Source: an uncultured candidate division WWE3 bacterium | GTDB taxonomy: Bacteria; Patescibacteriota; WWE3; UBA101185; UBA10185 | DNA: 64,000 nucleotides | NCBI GenBank assembly: GCA_963765125.1 | Contig: CAVXUZ010000005.1 | Coordinates: 361,441 to 425,440, forward strand | Reading direction: 5' to 3' | The notes under the pieces: generated by a model | What the model saw: the letters and a program-made list of their open reading frames with translations, nothing else | The model's database searches: none | What the model was told of the DNA's origin: nothing | Translations under genes and position numbers: made by a program | Shown: one piece after another, positions 33,982 through 43,931 of the stretch | Numbering within the stretch: the stretch's first letter is position 1 | Layout of the letters: each line of letters begins with the position of its first letter

Positions 33982-36522
33982 TTATTCTGCGTTTTGGCCA
34001 TGACATTTTTTGTATTTTTTACCACTCCCGCAAGGGCACGGGTCATTTCTACCAGTTTTTACCTCTCCTGAGACTACTTTTTCTACTACGGCTGAGGACC
34101 GGCCATTCTGCGTCTTTGCAACTTCTTGAGAGACACCTGATTCGATTTCACCTCGCTGATAGCTAATACGTCTAGTATTTCTCTGCGGTGTAGCTTCTCT
34201 GGGTTTGTTACTACCTGTTAGTGCGACTTCGAGTCTTTCTGAAATAGACGAATAGATCTTAGAGATTAAAATCTCAAATCTCTGATGGCCTTCATTTTTA
34301 TATTCAACCATCGGGTCACGCTGTGCGTACCCACGCAAACCAATACCTTCCCGTAGTTGGTCCATTAGAACTAAATGCTCCATCCAGAGTAAATCGATCA
34401 CAGGCAGACTCAGTTCACCAAGGCCTGCAAGCCAAGTTTCTTTTCCAAACTTCTCGGCGTACTCATCCCACTTGGTTTCGTTTAAATTAACGTAATCTCC
34501 AATTTTCTCAATAAACCACTGTTTATGTGATTCGTTTCCGGTTGAAAGTTCTAATATTCTTCTTCTCAATGTGTAAATAACTTCTCTGTGTACGTTGATA
34601 ACATCATCCATCTCCACAACTTGTTTTCGTCGATCAAAATTAAATCCTTCAACACGCTTTTGTGCACTCTCAATTGCCTTTGTAACTATCCCACTCTCCA
34701 AAGGAATCCCTTCGTCCATTCCGAACTTATTCATAACGTTCTCAACTTGTGCTCCTCCAAAAATTCTCATCAAATCGTCTTGTAACGAAACAAAAAATCT
34801 TGAAGATCCAGGCTCACCTTGTCGTCCCGATCGTCCTCTAAGCTGATTGTCTATTCTTCTTGATTCGTGGCGTTCGGTGCCTATAACATGTAAACCGCCA
34901 AGTTCCATAATTTCTGCTTTTTCTTTTTCAGTACAGGGGTCTCCACCAAGTTTAATGTCTACTCCTCTTCCTGCCATATTAGTAGAAACGGTCACAGAGT
35001 GTTTACGCCCTGCCTGGGCAATAATTAAAGCCTCTTGCTCGTGATTTTTAGCGTTTAAAATTTCGTGTGGAATTTTTTTATGCTTTAAGAAGTCGTGTAA
35101 TAGTTGTGATTTTTCAACGCTTGTTGTACCAACTAAAACAGGTTGCCCTTTTTCAAACTTTTCAGCAATATCGTCTGTGACTGCTTTAAACTTTGCGGAT
35201 TCTGTCTTGTAAACGAGGTCGTTAAAATCAGATCTTCTCACCGATACGTGTGTGGGAATTACTACTACGTCTAATTTATAGATTTTATAAAACTCTTCTG
35301 CTTCGGTAATTGCGGTTCCCGTCATACCAGCTAGTTTTTCGTACATTCTAAAATAATTTTGATAGGAAATTTCTGCCATCGTACGCGATTCTTCTTGAAT
35401 CGGTACTTTTTCTTTTGCCTCTAAAGCCTGGTGTACACCCTGTGAGTAACGGTTGCTTGGTAAAAGCCTTCCAGTGAATTGGTCTACAACAACAATTTTT
35501 CCATCTTTAACAACGTAATCTTTGTCTTTTTCATAAACTGTGTGAGCTCTTAAAGTCTGCTCGATAAGATGAACCATTTCAAAATCTTCTTCATAGAGAT
35601 TTGTAACTCCAAGCATCTTTTCGATTCTTCTAATACCGAGATCGGTTAAAGTTGTGTTTTTATACTTTTCCTCAATTTCGTAATCCGTACCCTTTGCTAA
35701 TTGTGAAACTATGTCTGCGGCTTGGTGATATCTTTCGGTTGGTTGCGCGTAAGAGGTAGAAATAATAAGAGGCGTTCGTGCAACGTCAATCAAAATTGAG
35801 TCGACTTCGTCAATGATTGCGTATTTATGAATACCCCATTCTCCAATTGCGTTTGTTTGTGCCGTCTCATCAAGTCTGCGAACCATATTATCTCGAAGAT
35901 AATCAAAACCAAATTCGTGGTTGGTTCCATAAGTAATATCACAACTGTATGCCTCTGCGCGTGAAACCTCTTTAAGGTGTCTCGCGTATTCGTCTTTAAA
36001 AGTAATACTCTCGTGATCACGATCAAAAACGTAAGCTTTTTCCTGCATAATACAGCCAACAGAAATTCCCAAAAAATCAAAATTTCTTCCCATCCAACCT
36101 GCACCGTGTCTCGCTAAGTAGTCGTTTGGTGTGACAATATGCACTCCTCCACCTGTAAGCGAGTTGAGATACGCAGAAAGCGAAGCTGTATTTGTCTTAC
36201 CTTCACCGGTTTTTTGTTCCGCGATCTTTCCTTGGTGAAGAACTATTCCTCCTATCAGCTGGACATCGTGCAACTGTATTCCTTCGACTCTTCTAGTTGC
36301 TTCTTTCACTAGCGCAAAGGCTGCGGGTAATATTTCTTCAAGTTTCGTTTTTTGTTCGCCATCTGCAAGTTTTCTCAATTCGTCTTTCCACTGTGCAGTT
36401 TTCTCTTTAATTTGCGCGTCAGTGAGTTTTTTGAAATCCTCTTCAAACGAGTTTATTTCCTCTACTAAAGGTTTAATTTTCTTAAGTTGTTTTTCGTTAG
36501 AATCAAACAGATTACCAAACAT
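33982..36522 (-). CDS. secA: preprotein translocase ATPase SecA
   Basis: 846 aa with DEAD-like motor motifs and a C-terminal zinc finger CPCGSGKKYKKCHG. Confidence 0.97.
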   Translation of the reverse strand: MFGNLFDSNEKQLKKIKPLVEEINSFEEDFKKLTDAQIKEKTAQWKDELRKLADGEQKTKLEEILPAAFALVKEATRRVEGIQLHDVQLIGGIVLHQGKIAEQKTGEGKTNTASLSAYLNSLTGGGVHIVTPNDYLARHGAGWMGRNFDFLGISVGCIMQEKAYVFDRDHESITFKDEYARHLKEVSRAEAYSCDITYGTNHEFGFDYLRDNMVRRLDETAQTNAIGEWGIHKYAIIDEVDSILIDVARTPLIISTSYAQPTERYHQAADIVSQLAKGTDYEIEEKYKNTTLTDLGIRRIEKMLGVTNLYEEDFEMVHLIEQTLRAHTVYEKDKDYVVKDGKIVVVDQFTGRLLPSNRYSQGVHQALEAKEKVPIQEESRTMAEISYQNYFRMYEKLAGMTGTAITEAEEFYKIYKLDVVVIPTHVSVRRSDFNDLVYKTESAKFKAVTDDIAEKFEKGQPVLVGTTSVEKSQLLHDFLKHKKIPHEILNAKNHEQEALIIAQAGRKHSVTVSTNMAGRGVDIKLGGDPCTEKEKAEIMELGGLHVIGTERHESRRIDNQLRGRSGRQGEPGSSRFFVSLQDDLMRIFGGAQVENVMNKFGMDEGIPLESGIVTKAIESAQKRVEGFNFDRRKQVVEMDDVINVHREVIYTLRRRILELSTGNESHKQWFIEKIGDYVNLNETKWDEYAEKFGKETWLAGLGELSLPVIDLLWMEHLVLMDQLREGIGLRGYAQRDPMVEYKNEGHQRFEILISKIYSSISERLEVALTGSNKPREATPQRNTRRISYQRGEIESGVSQEVAKTQNGRSSAVVEKVVSGEVKTGRNDPCPCGSGKKYKKCHGQNAE

Positions 36523-36603
36523 ATCGAAGTGATTATAACATTGAAATTATTAGCGTTGTGGACTAGTATAATCACAACAAATATTGCAAAAAAGGAGAAT
36601 AGA

Positions 36604-36828
36604 ATGGCACATTTAGTTGGAATAAATAAACTTGAAGAAAAGCAAAATGAGCCACAGTTTGCAAACGTACAACCGCCGGTCTCGGACTCCGTACTAACAG
36701 CACTCGTTGATCGGATTTTTACAGAGTTCATTGGACTTAAGTCGGAACTGCAAAATATGCATCACCATAGCGACGCAACTGTTAAGCAAAAAGGCGATAT
36801 TTTGGAGATTATCAAAAAAGGTCTTTAA
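36604..36828 (+). CDS. small hypothetical protein (74 aa)
   Basis: AAGGAG RBS 7 nt upstream of the ATG, and a strong intrinsic terminator immediately downstream. Confidence 0.45.
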   Translation: MAHLVGINKLEEKQNEPQFANVQPPVSDSVLTALVDRIFTEFIGLKSELQNMHHHSDATVKQKGDILEIIKKGL

Positions 36829-36845
36829 AGGTGTGCGCTAAAGTT

Positions 36846-36882
36846 ACAACCCTAAGAAATTATTTTTAGGGTTGTTTTTTTT
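36846..36882 (+). terminator. rho-independent terminator (10-bp perfect stem acaaccctaa/ttagggttgt plus T7)
   Basis: Stem 36846-36855 and 36866-36875, T-run 36876-36882. It overlaps the uppP stop codon on the opposite strand. Confidence 0.7.
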
Positions 36883-37648
36883 AAAAAAGCAAAAACAGAG
36901 CTAAAACTAAAAGTGTTCGATAAATAATAAAAATCCACAAATTTTTGTTTTTTAAATATTTGATCAAAAAGTTTATTGCGAGAATTCCTACGATAAAACT
37001 TCCTAAAAATCCGCCAAGCATTGCTCCGTCTAAAGTTAACGATTTGTAAGATTCTAAGATTTTAAACGCTGCGGCACCTGCCACAATTGGCATCGAAAGT
37101 AAAAAAGAAAATCGCGCAGCAAGATCTCTTTTAAGTCCGAAGAGCATTCCTCCAGAGATTGTTGAGCCTGATCTAGAAACTCCGGAGAATAATGCGAGGG
37201 ATTGAAAAAATCCTATGATGACAGACTTTTTCAAAGTTATGCTTTCAATATTTTCTATCTTCTGTGCCACATTTGATTTTTTATAAACCAGTTCAGCTAA
37301 AATCATCAAACCAGTACCAACCGCCAAAAATACTGCAACGCTATGTGCTGATCTAAATATATTTTCTATTGTTGATTCCAAAAAATAACCAATAATCGCA
37401 GCGGGCACTGAACCTACAAACATTAGTAACAAGAGTTTTCGGCTCTTTAAGATAGTAAAAATATCTTTATAAAAATAGATAACGAGCGCAGAAAGCGTGC
37501 CTAAATGTAAAACAGTGTCAAAGGTGAGAGATTGAATATTCCACCTAAATAAAGTCGGAATTAAAATTAAATGCCCGCTAGACGAAATGGGTAAAAACTC
37601 AGTTAGACCTTGTGTTATTCCTAATATAAGTCCTTGAAGAGTGGTCAT
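36881..37648 (-). CDS. uppP: undecaprenyl-diphosphate phosphatase
   Basis: GITQGLTEFLPISSSGHLIL and SRSGSTISGG motifs. Confidence 0.9.
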   Translation of the reverse strand: MTTLQGLILGITQGLTEFLPISSSGHLILIPTLFRWNIQSLTFDTVLHLGTLSALVIYFYKDIFTILKSRKLLLLMFVGSVPAAIIGYFLESTIENIFRSAHSVAVFLAVGTGLMILAELVYKKSNVAQKIENIESITLKKSVIIGFFQSLALFSGVSRSGSTISGGMLFGLKRDLAARFSFLLSMPIVAGAAAFKILESYKSLTLDGAMLGGFLGSFIVGILAINFLIKYLKNKNLWIFIIYRTLLVLALFLLF

Positions 37649-37664
37649 GGCGAGTTAGTATACC

Positions 37665-38360
37665 TTAAGTTCTACCGTAAATTAAAACGTTATCTGAATT
37701 TGTATAACCAGCGACTACATAAGTTTGTATATCGTGGAGAAAATCTTCAAGAAAGTCGATAAAGTCGTTTACGTCGTCTTGATGATTCTTTGTATATATT
37801 CGGTTGATGATGATTAACCCCCCAGGAACAGCCATCCTTTTTACAGCTTCGATAAAGTTACCTGATTTTCCAAGTTCGGGGTAATTTTGTCCAATATAGA
37901 TGTCTACGAAGACTACTTCAAATTTTTCGTTTTCTAAATTGTAATTTTCAGGTTCAATAATTACACGACATGCGTCGTCAATGATTACTCGATGATTGGG
38001 AATTTTATCAAGGTCAAAATATTTTTGCGCGATATCTTTCATCACAGGGTCGATGTCTACACTCACAATTTCTGTTTGGGGAAAATCTTGTGAAATGAAG
38101 TGCTGAACTGTTGCTCCTCCTAGTCCTAAAATTAAAATATTTTTAAGTTCGGGTTGGTTTTGTTTAAGAACGTCGATAACTCTACCCCATACGAGCCTTC
38201 GTGCGCTCGGGGAATTAGCGCTCAACGATTGGTCAATCGTATCAACACGAATTTTTAGTGTTTCACCAACTTTTATAACGTCAACCTGACCGCTAAATTT
38301 TGATTGGGCTGAGTAGATTACCTTTGGTATAACTAATCCTTGAAAAGAGATAGGTGCCAT
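37665..38360 (-). CDS. spermidine/spermine-synthase-like class I methyltransferase-fold protein
   Basis: ILGLGGATVQ and SVDIDPVM motifs typical of the PABS family. Confidence 0.5.
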   Translation of the reverse strand: MAPISFQGLVIPKVIYSAQSKFSGQVDVIKVGETLKIRVDTIDQSLSANSPSARRLVWGRVIDVLKQNQPELKNILILGLGGATVQHFISQDFPQTEIVSVDIDPVMKDIAQKYFDLDKIPNHRVIIDDACRVIIEPENYNLENEKFEVVFVDIYIGQNYPELGKSGNFIEAVKRMAVPGGLIIINRIYTKNHQDDVNDFIDFLEDFLHDIQTYVVAGYTNSDNVLIYGRT

Positions 38361-38407
38361 TACTCTTTATAATAGACTAAGAATTATTCAGTGTCATTAG
38401 TACAAAC

Positions 38408-39685
38408 TTATTCTTTTGGTCTTATTTGAGAAAAACCTACGTATTCTCTCAATACCTCAGGAACAGTTATAGACCCGTCTTCATTTTGATAATTCTCAAG
38501 CACCGCAGCTAAAAGTCTTGGTGACGCAGCAACCGTGTTATTTAATGTGTTTACATATTTAATCTCACCAGTTTTAGTCTTGTACTTCATATTAAGTCTT
38601 CGTGCTTGAAAATCCAAAAAGTAGCTGTCTGAGTGTGTCTCTCTATATTTTTCTTGTGAGGGAAACCACGTTTCAATATCGTATTTCTTTCTCTGACCCG
38701 GTCCCATGTCTCCTGTGCACATAAGAAGTACTTGATAAGCCACACCTAAACCTTTGAGTACTTCCTCAGAATAACCTAACATCTTATCGTGCCATTCACG
38801 TGTAAGCTCCTCGCCCTCAGGTAAAAGTATAACCTGCTCAACTTTTGTAAACTGGTGAACTCTGAAAATTCCTTTTGTGTCTTTTCCATAAGTTCCAATT
38901 TCTCGTCTGTAGCATGGGCTCACCCCAGCTAATTTTATCGGAAGGTCTTCTTCTTTTAAAACCTCACCTGCGTAATAAGATGTCAACGAAACCTCTGCAG
39001 TGCCAATTAAATTTAGTCCGTCTTGAGTTGTGTAGTGGTCCTCAGCCCCCCATGGAAAATATCCAGTGCCAACAAAATAATCCGGTCTAACCATCCACGG
39101 AACTTCCATTATTTCAAATCCCTTTGACTTGATTGTATCCATGGCATAGCGTAGTAACGCGTTGTGAAGTTCAACACCTTCATTTTTTAGAAAGTACGAC
39201 CTAAACCCGCCGATTTTTACTCCTCTTTCTGTATCGATTATGTTTAATGAAACACCCAAATCAAAATGGTTCTTTGGAGCAAAATCAAACTGTTTTATTT
39301 TTCCTTCTTGGCGTAACACTTTATTGCCGCTCTCATCTTTTCCAATAGGTACATCCTGCGCTGGTACATTTGGTACCCACAACATTTTGACATCATACTT
39401 GTCTTTTAAATCTTTTAGCTCAACATCGAGTTTTACAATATCTGCTTTAATTTGAGCTGCTTCTAAAATTAGCTTTTCTTTTGCATCCTTATCTTGAATT
39501 TTTGAAATATCCTCTGAAAGTTGATTTCTCAAACTTCGTTTAACCTCAACTTGTCTTAGTATATCTCTATACTTTTCGTCTAGATCAAGCAATTCATCAA
39601 TATCTACAGTTCCACCAAGCTGCTTATCTAAAATAGCCTTTTTTACTTCTTCTGGATTTTCTCTAATATATTTAATATCAAGCAT
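38408..39685 (-). CDS. serS: seryl-tRNA synthetase
   Basis: 425 aa with an N-terminal coiled coil and class II motifs. Confidence 0.95.
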   Translation of the reverse strand: MLDIKYIRENPEEVKKAILDKQLGGTVDIDELLDLDEKYRDILRQVEVKRSLRNQLSEDISKIQDKDAKEKLILEAAQIKADIVKLDVELKDLKDKYDVKMLWVPNVPAQDVPIGKDESGNKVLRQEGKIKQFDFAPKNHFDLGVSLNIIDTERGVKIGGFRSYFLKNEGVELHNALLRYAMDTIKSKGFEIMEVPWMVRPDYFVGTGYFPWGAEDHYTTQDGLNLIGTAEVSLTSYYAGEVLKEEDLPIKLAGVSPCYRREIGTYGKDTKGIFRVHQFTKVEQVILLPEGEELTREWHDKMLGYSEEVLKGLGVAYQVLLMCTGDMGPGQRKKYDIETWFPSQEKYRETHSDSYFLDFQARRLNMKYKTKTGEIKYVNTLNNTVAASPRLLAAVLENYQNEDGSITVPEVLREYVGFSQIRPKE

Positions 39686-39699
39686 ATTTTTCCTTTTCT

Positions 39700-39900
39700 A
39701 AATTATACGGGCTTGAGGTGCCTTACCTCAAGAAAACAAAAAACCCCAACTACACGTCAGGGTCCATTACGGACGGTGCCACCTGATACTTTTAACTTTA
39801 AAGGCTGTAACGTGCCCACACGGCTATGGCATTTCCTCCATGCAGCTCAAAGGGTGGAAACTTCCCTTATCTAAGCTTTTTTGTAATACTTATATATAAT
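39700..39900 (-). promoter_or_regulatory. GC-rich structured 5' leader of serS with a T-box-like motif (AUCAGGUGGCACCGUCCG), downstream U-rich tract and an 8-bp hairpin. T-box riboswitch candidate, or another structured ncRNA.
   Basis: Minus-strand RNA ...GUAUCAGGUGGCACCGUCCGUAAUGGACCCUGACGUGUAGUUGGGGUUUUUUGUUUUCUUGAGGUAAGGCACCUCAAG... directly upstream of the serS AUG. GC content is far above the local background. Confidence 0.3.
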
Positions 39901-39927
39901 AGCTATTAATTAGCGTTGTCAAGAAAT

Positions 39928-40722
39928 ATGATTGGTCCAGAAAAAGCAAAAACAAAAGAAAATCTAGTGAAACGAAAACATCTTTACGATTATGAACTAC
40001 CTAAATCTGATATATACGATAAGGTTGCTGATGAAATTCTCACTCATGATCCCCTCTCTGTTTTAGAAATTGGGTGTGGTGATGGAGAGTTCTTAATTAG
40101 TCTCAGAGAAAAAAATTATAAAGGGCCGCTTACTGGAATCGACGTTTCAAAAGAGCTTATCGAAGAGGCAAATAAGATTAAAAGCGGAAAAGACATATTC
40201 TTTCAAGTTTTAGACGCACACAATATGTCTTTTGTAGACGCGCATTTTGATATTGTTGTCGCAAATTTTACCCTTCATACATTTCGCAATATGCAACAAG
40301 CACTAGATGAAATAAATAGAGTTTTAAAGCCTGAAGGCTATTTTATGGGTGCTGCGCATGGCCGAGGTCATCTTCCGAAAAGAAGAAAATTCACCCAAAT
40401 GGTAGCTGAGCTGCTACCAAACGTAAACTCAAATAATACACTCGGCCGTGTTATGCTAGAAAACCTGCCTACTATACTTACAATGTTTGAACCGCCTATC
40501 ACAGACCAGCACATTGGCGAAATAAAACTCTATAAGCCCGACGTGTACATAGAATATTTTGATACTCTTAAGGATTATGCGTTCTTTCCTCAACCAAACG
40601 ACGAACTCTGGCATGAAGCGTTAAAAGTAATCGAAAAACAAATTCTTGAGGAAATTGAAGCAAATGGGTATTTTTCGGAGACCACGCATTACGGGATGTT
40701 TAAATCTCAAAAACCTTATTAA
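39928..40722 (+). CDS. class I SAM-dependent methyltransferase
   Basis: VLEIGCGDGEF motif I. Possible TTG start at 39916. Confidence 0.6.
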   Translation: MIGPEKAKTKENLVKRKHLYDYELPKSDIYDKVADEILTHDPLSVLEIGCGDGEFLISLREKNYKGPLTGIDVSKELIEEANKIKSGKDIFFQVLDAHNMSFVDAHFDIVVANFTLHTFRNMQQALDEINRVLKPEGYFMGAAHGRGHLPKRRKFTQMVAELLPNVNSNNTLGRVMLENLPTILTMFEPPITDQHIGEIKLYKPDVYIEYFDTLKDYAFFPQPNDELWHEALKVIEKQILEEIEANGYFSETTHYGMFKSQKPY

Positions 40723-40736
40723 TATGCGATATTTCG

Positions 40737-40765
40737 TTGACCGAGCATATTTAATTTGCTAGAAT
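40737..40765 (+). promoter_or_regulatory. sigma70-like promoter of the alpha operon (TTGACC-N17-TAGAAT)
   Basis: -35 at 40737-40742, -10 at 40760-40765. About 10-nt leader to the infA ATG. Confidence 0.55.
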
Positions 40766-40781
40766 CAGTCCCGTATCAATA

Positions 40782-41006
40782 ATGACCGAGAATACAAAGC
40801 AAGTTATAACAAAAGATGGAACAATAACCGAAGCCCTACAGGGCGGAATGTTCAAGGTTGATTTAGTCGATGAAACTGTTGCGTTGGCCACAATTTCTGG
40901 TAAAATGCGAAAGTTCCATATTAGGCTTTTGCCCGGAGATAAAGTAAAAGTGGAGTTTTCGCCACATGACCTAACCCGCGGAAGAATAGCTTATAGGTAT
41001 AGATAG
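40782..41006 (+). CDS. infA: translation initiation factor IF-1
   Basis: 74 aa, S1-like OB fold ([30 protein letters not shown]). Confidence 0.95.
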   Translation: MTENTKQVITKDGTITEALQGGMFKVDLVDETVALATISGKMRKFHIRLLPGDKVKVEFSPHDLTRGRIAYRYR

Positions 41007-41026
41007 GCCTAGCCCTACAAAATATT

Positions 41027-41143
41027 ATGAAAGTAAAAGCGTCGGTAAAAACAATATGTGATGACTGCAAAGTTGTTAGAAGAAAAGGAGTGGTTAGAGT
41101 TATCTGTAAAAGAAACCCTAAACACAAACAAAGACAAGGATAA
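41027..41143 (+). CDS. rpmJ: 50S ribosomal protein L36
   Basis: [38 protein letters not shown] (38 aa), below the ORF-track size cut-off. Confidence 0.9.
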   Translation: MKVKASVKTICDDCKVVRRKGVVRVICKRNPKHKQRQG

Positions 41144-41146
41144 ATT

Positions 41147-41533
41147 ATGGCAAGAATGTCGGGAGTTAATATCCCAGATGAAAAAAGACTTATAATTGCC
41201 CTTACATATATCCACGGAATTGGAAAAACCCACTCTGAAGAAATAGTTAAAAAGACAGGTATAAACGAAAGTACAAGAGTAAAAGATCTAACAGACGCAG
41301 ATTTGGCAAAAATCCAAACCGTAATCAACGAATTACAAATTCCGGTTGAGGGAGAGTTAAGAAGAATAATAAGCCAGAATGTAAGAAGACTTATGGACAT
41401 CAAATCATACAGAGGTTTACGACACAGAGATGGATTACCAGTAAGGGGCCAGGCAACTAGCCACAACGCAAGAACAAGAAAGGGTAAGAAAAAAACCGTC
41501 GGTGGTATGAAAAAGAAACTAACTAAGAAATAA
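41147..41533 (+). CDS. rpsM: 30S ribosomal protein S13
   Basis: [10 protein letters not shown]...YIHGIG motif. Confidence 0.95.
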   Translation: MARMSGVNIPDEKRLIIALTYIHGIGKTHSEEIVKKTGINESTRVKDLTDADLAKIQTVINELQIPVEGELRRIISQNVRRLMDIKSYRGLRHRDGLPVRGQATSHNARTRKGKKKTVGGMKKKLTKK

Positions 41534-41539
41534 ATAATT

Positions 41540-41914
41540 ATGGCAAAAAAGACTAAAGAAAAAATAATACCAACAACAGGAAGAGCCTATATTAAGGCTG
41601 GATTTAACAACACACTTGTTACAATCACAGACGCTGAGGGAAATTCACTTTTCTCCGGTAGTGCAGGTGGCGCAGGTTTTAAAGGTTCAAGAAAATCAAC
41701 ACCTTACGCTGCAACAAAAACAACAGAAGAAATTGCTAGAAGAGCATCAGCAGCTGGATTAAGAGAAGTATCAGTTGTAGTTAAAGGACCAGGACTTGGA
41801 AGAGTTCCCGCAATAAAAGCGTTAAAAACAGGAGGACTAAACGTAGTATCAATTTCTGACGCTACACCTATTCCACATAATGGGTGCAGACCTAAAAAGA
41901 GACGAAGAGTTTAA
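41540..41914 (+). CDS. rpsK: 30S ribosomal protein S11
   Basis: 124 aa, S11 family. Confidence 0.95.
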   Translation: MAKKTKEKIIPTTGRAYIKAGFNNTLVTITDAEGNSLFSGSAGGAGFKGSRKSTPYAATKTTEEIARRASAAGLREVSVVVKGPGLGRVPAIKALKTGGLNVVSISDATPIPHNGCRPKKRRRV

Positions 41915-41916
41915 AA

Positions 41917-42519
41917 ATGGCAAGAAATAAAGGACCAAAATGTAGACTGTGCAGAAGAGAGGGTGAAAAACTCTATCTTAAAGGTACAAGATGCCACACA
42001 GATAAATGTGCGATTACAAAAAGAAACTACGCGCCAGGTCAACACGGCAACTCAAGAACAAGACTATCAGACTATGGAAAACAGTTAAGAGAAAAGCAAA
42101 AAGCAAAAAGAGTATACGGAGTTCTTGAAAAACAATTTAGAATCTACGTAAACGCTGCTATGAAATCAAAAGGCGTTACAGGCGAGGCTTTGTTAAAACA
42201 TCTTGAGGCAAGACTCGATAATTTGGTCTATAGAAGTGGTTTTTGTGTTTCTAGAGCACAGGCAAGACAACTTATTAGATCTGGATTTTTTGAGGTTAAC
42301 GGTAAAGTGGTTAGAACAACGTCAATACAGCTTAATGTAGGAGATATATTAAAACCAGTCGATTTCGGTCGAGTTCACCTTAGAGAAGGTTTTGCTATGC
42401 CTGAGTGGCTTGAAGCAAACGTTAAAGAAAAATACGTAAAATTTGTTAAACTGCCTACGTTAGATGATTCTCTAGAAAATATAAATATACAATTAATTAT
42501 TGAATACTATTCAAGATAA
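41917..42519 (+). CDS. rpsD: 30S ribosomal protein S4
   Basis: 200 aa with an N-terminal zinc-ribbon-like Cys cluster and S4 domain. Confidence 0.95.
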   Translation: MARNKGPKCRLCRREGEKLYLKGTRCHTDKCAITKRNYAPGQHGNSRTRLSDYGKQLREKQKAKRVYGVLEKQFRIYVNAAMKSKGVTGEALLKHLEARLDNLVYRSGFCVSRAQARQLIRSGFFEVNGKVVRTTSIQLNVGDILKPVDFGRVHLREGFAMPEWLEANVKEKYVKFVKLPTLDDSLENINIQLIIEYYSR

Positions 42520-42529
42520 AGGAGATTTT

Positions 42530-43456
42530 ATGGAAATTAAACCAAGTGATCTAAAAATAAAAACAATCTCAGAAACAAAGACTGAGGGTGTTTTCGAATT
42601 CGATCCGCTACCAAAAGGTTTCGGACATACTTTAGGAAACACTCTGAGAAGAGTACTTCTTACATCGCTTCCTGGCGCTGCAGTTACTCAGATAAAAATT
42701 GAGGGTGCAAACCATCAATTTGCAACACTAGAAGGTGTAAAAGAAGACATTGTTGAAATAATTTTAAATCTTAAAAAAATCAGAATTAAGAAACATAGCA
42801 ATAATCCAGAAGTTGCAACTATCAATGTTGAAGGACCTGGTGTCGTTACAGCTGACGCGATTGAAACCACTTCTGATCTAGAAATTATCAACAAAGATCT
42901 ACACATAGCTACGTTAGCAAATAAAAAAACAAAGCTAAACATCGAACTTATTGTTGAAAATGGTGTTGGTTATTCTCCTATGGAAGATAGACAAAGCTCA
43001 AAGGTTGGAGTAATAGTTATTGACGCACTTTTCTCACCAGTTATTAAAGCAGTTATGGAGATTGAGGACACAAGATCAGGTGAAAAAACTGACCTCGATA
43101 AACTAATCCTTACAGTTGAAACAGACGGAAGCATGAAACCTTCAACAGCTGTTTATAAATCTTCAGCAATTCTTTCAGATTTCTTTGGAATACTTTCAAG
43201 ATGGGAACAAGCCGTCGATGAAAAACCAGAGATGGTTGACGCAATTACATCAGAGTCACATCATATGGATGAGGTTCTCGTCGATGAATTGCCACTTCAA
43301 ACTAGAACTGTTAACGCTTTGAAAAAAGCAGGAATTGACACATTAGCGCAACTTTCAAAAAAAACCGCAGAAGACTTAGCAGACATTAAAAATCTCGGTG
43401 AGAAATCAATCACTGAAATCAACAAATTACTCAAAAAAGAAGGGCTAAGAGACTAA
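42530..43456 (+). CDS. rpoA: DNA-directed RNA polymerase alpha subunit
   Basis: AAGGAG RBS, then MEIKPSDLKIKTI..., alpha NTD and CTD. Confidence 0.95.
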   Translation: MEIKPSDLKIKTISETKTEGVFEFDPLPKGFGHTLGNTLRRVLLTSLPGAAVTQIKIEGANHQFATLEGVKEDIVEIILNLKKIRIKKHSNNPEVATINVEGPGVVTADAIETTSDLEIINKDLHIATLANKKTKLNIELIVENGVGYSPMEDRQSSKVGVIVIDALFSPVIKAVMEIEDTRSGEKTDLDKLILTVETDGSMKPSTAVYKSSAILSDFFGILSRWEQAVDEKPEMVDAITSESHHMDEVLVDELPLQTRTVNALKKAGIDTLAQLSKKTAEDLADIKNLGEKSITEINKLLKKEGLRD

Positions 43457-43457
43457 A

Positions 43458-43931
43458 ATGCGTCATAGAGTTAAGGCTAAACTTCTAAATAGAGATCTTG
43501 ATCACAGAAAGGCATTAATAAGAAACCTTTCTAATGACCTAACTCTCCATGAGTCAATAACAACAACTCTAAGAAAAGCAAAGTATTTTAGATCTTACTT
43601 TGAGAAATTAATTACCAGAGCAAAAACCGGTCAAGAGTTTAACAACGTTAAATTTATGAAGGCGAAGCTAACAACTGATGAAGCGGTTAGAAAAATGTTA
43701 ACCGACCTCGGTGTTAGATTTGTTAATCGACCAGGTGGATATACAAGAATTGTAAAACTACCAAATCGAGTCGGCGATAACGCTCCAATGGCAAGAATTG
43801 AACTTACCGAAAAACCAAAGAGTAAAAAGGTAAAAGAAGAAAAAGAAGAAAAAACGGAAACAGTTGAAACAAAAAAACCTACTGAAAAAACAACAAAAGT
43901 TTCAAAAGTAAAGAAAGTAGCTAAAAAATGA
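43458..43931 (+). CDS. rplQ: 50S ribosomal protein L17 with Lys/Glu-rich C-terminal extension
   Basis: L17 core plus a low-complexity K/E tail of about 45 aa. Confidence 0.9.
   Translation: MRHRVKAKLLNRDLDHRKALIRNLSNDLTLHESITTTLRKAKYFRSYFEKLITRAKTGQEFNNVKFMKAKLTTDEAVRKMLTDLGVRFVNRPGGYTRIVKLPNRVGDNAPMARIELTEKPKSKKVKEEKEEKTETVETKKPTEKTTKVSKVKKVAKK

Noticed and set aside
35790-36731. Minus-strand ORFs 35790-36104 and 36465-36731 inside or overlapping secA and the small ORF
   Set aside because: Embedded out of frame within secA, or antisense to the RBS-supported plus-strand gene.
39686-39915. SRP (4.5S) RNA in the serS upstream gap
   Set aside because: GUCAGGGUCC...GGAC resembles part of SRP helix 8, but the conserved AGCA/GGAA asymmetric-loop partner is absent (it reads GGUGCC). 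The T-box-like reading fits the context better, so SRP RNA is kept only as an alternative to test.
40921-41466. 181-aa minus-strand ORF across infA, rpmJ and rpsM
   Set aside because: Antisense to three conserved genes that have a clear promoter. It is hydrophobic junk.
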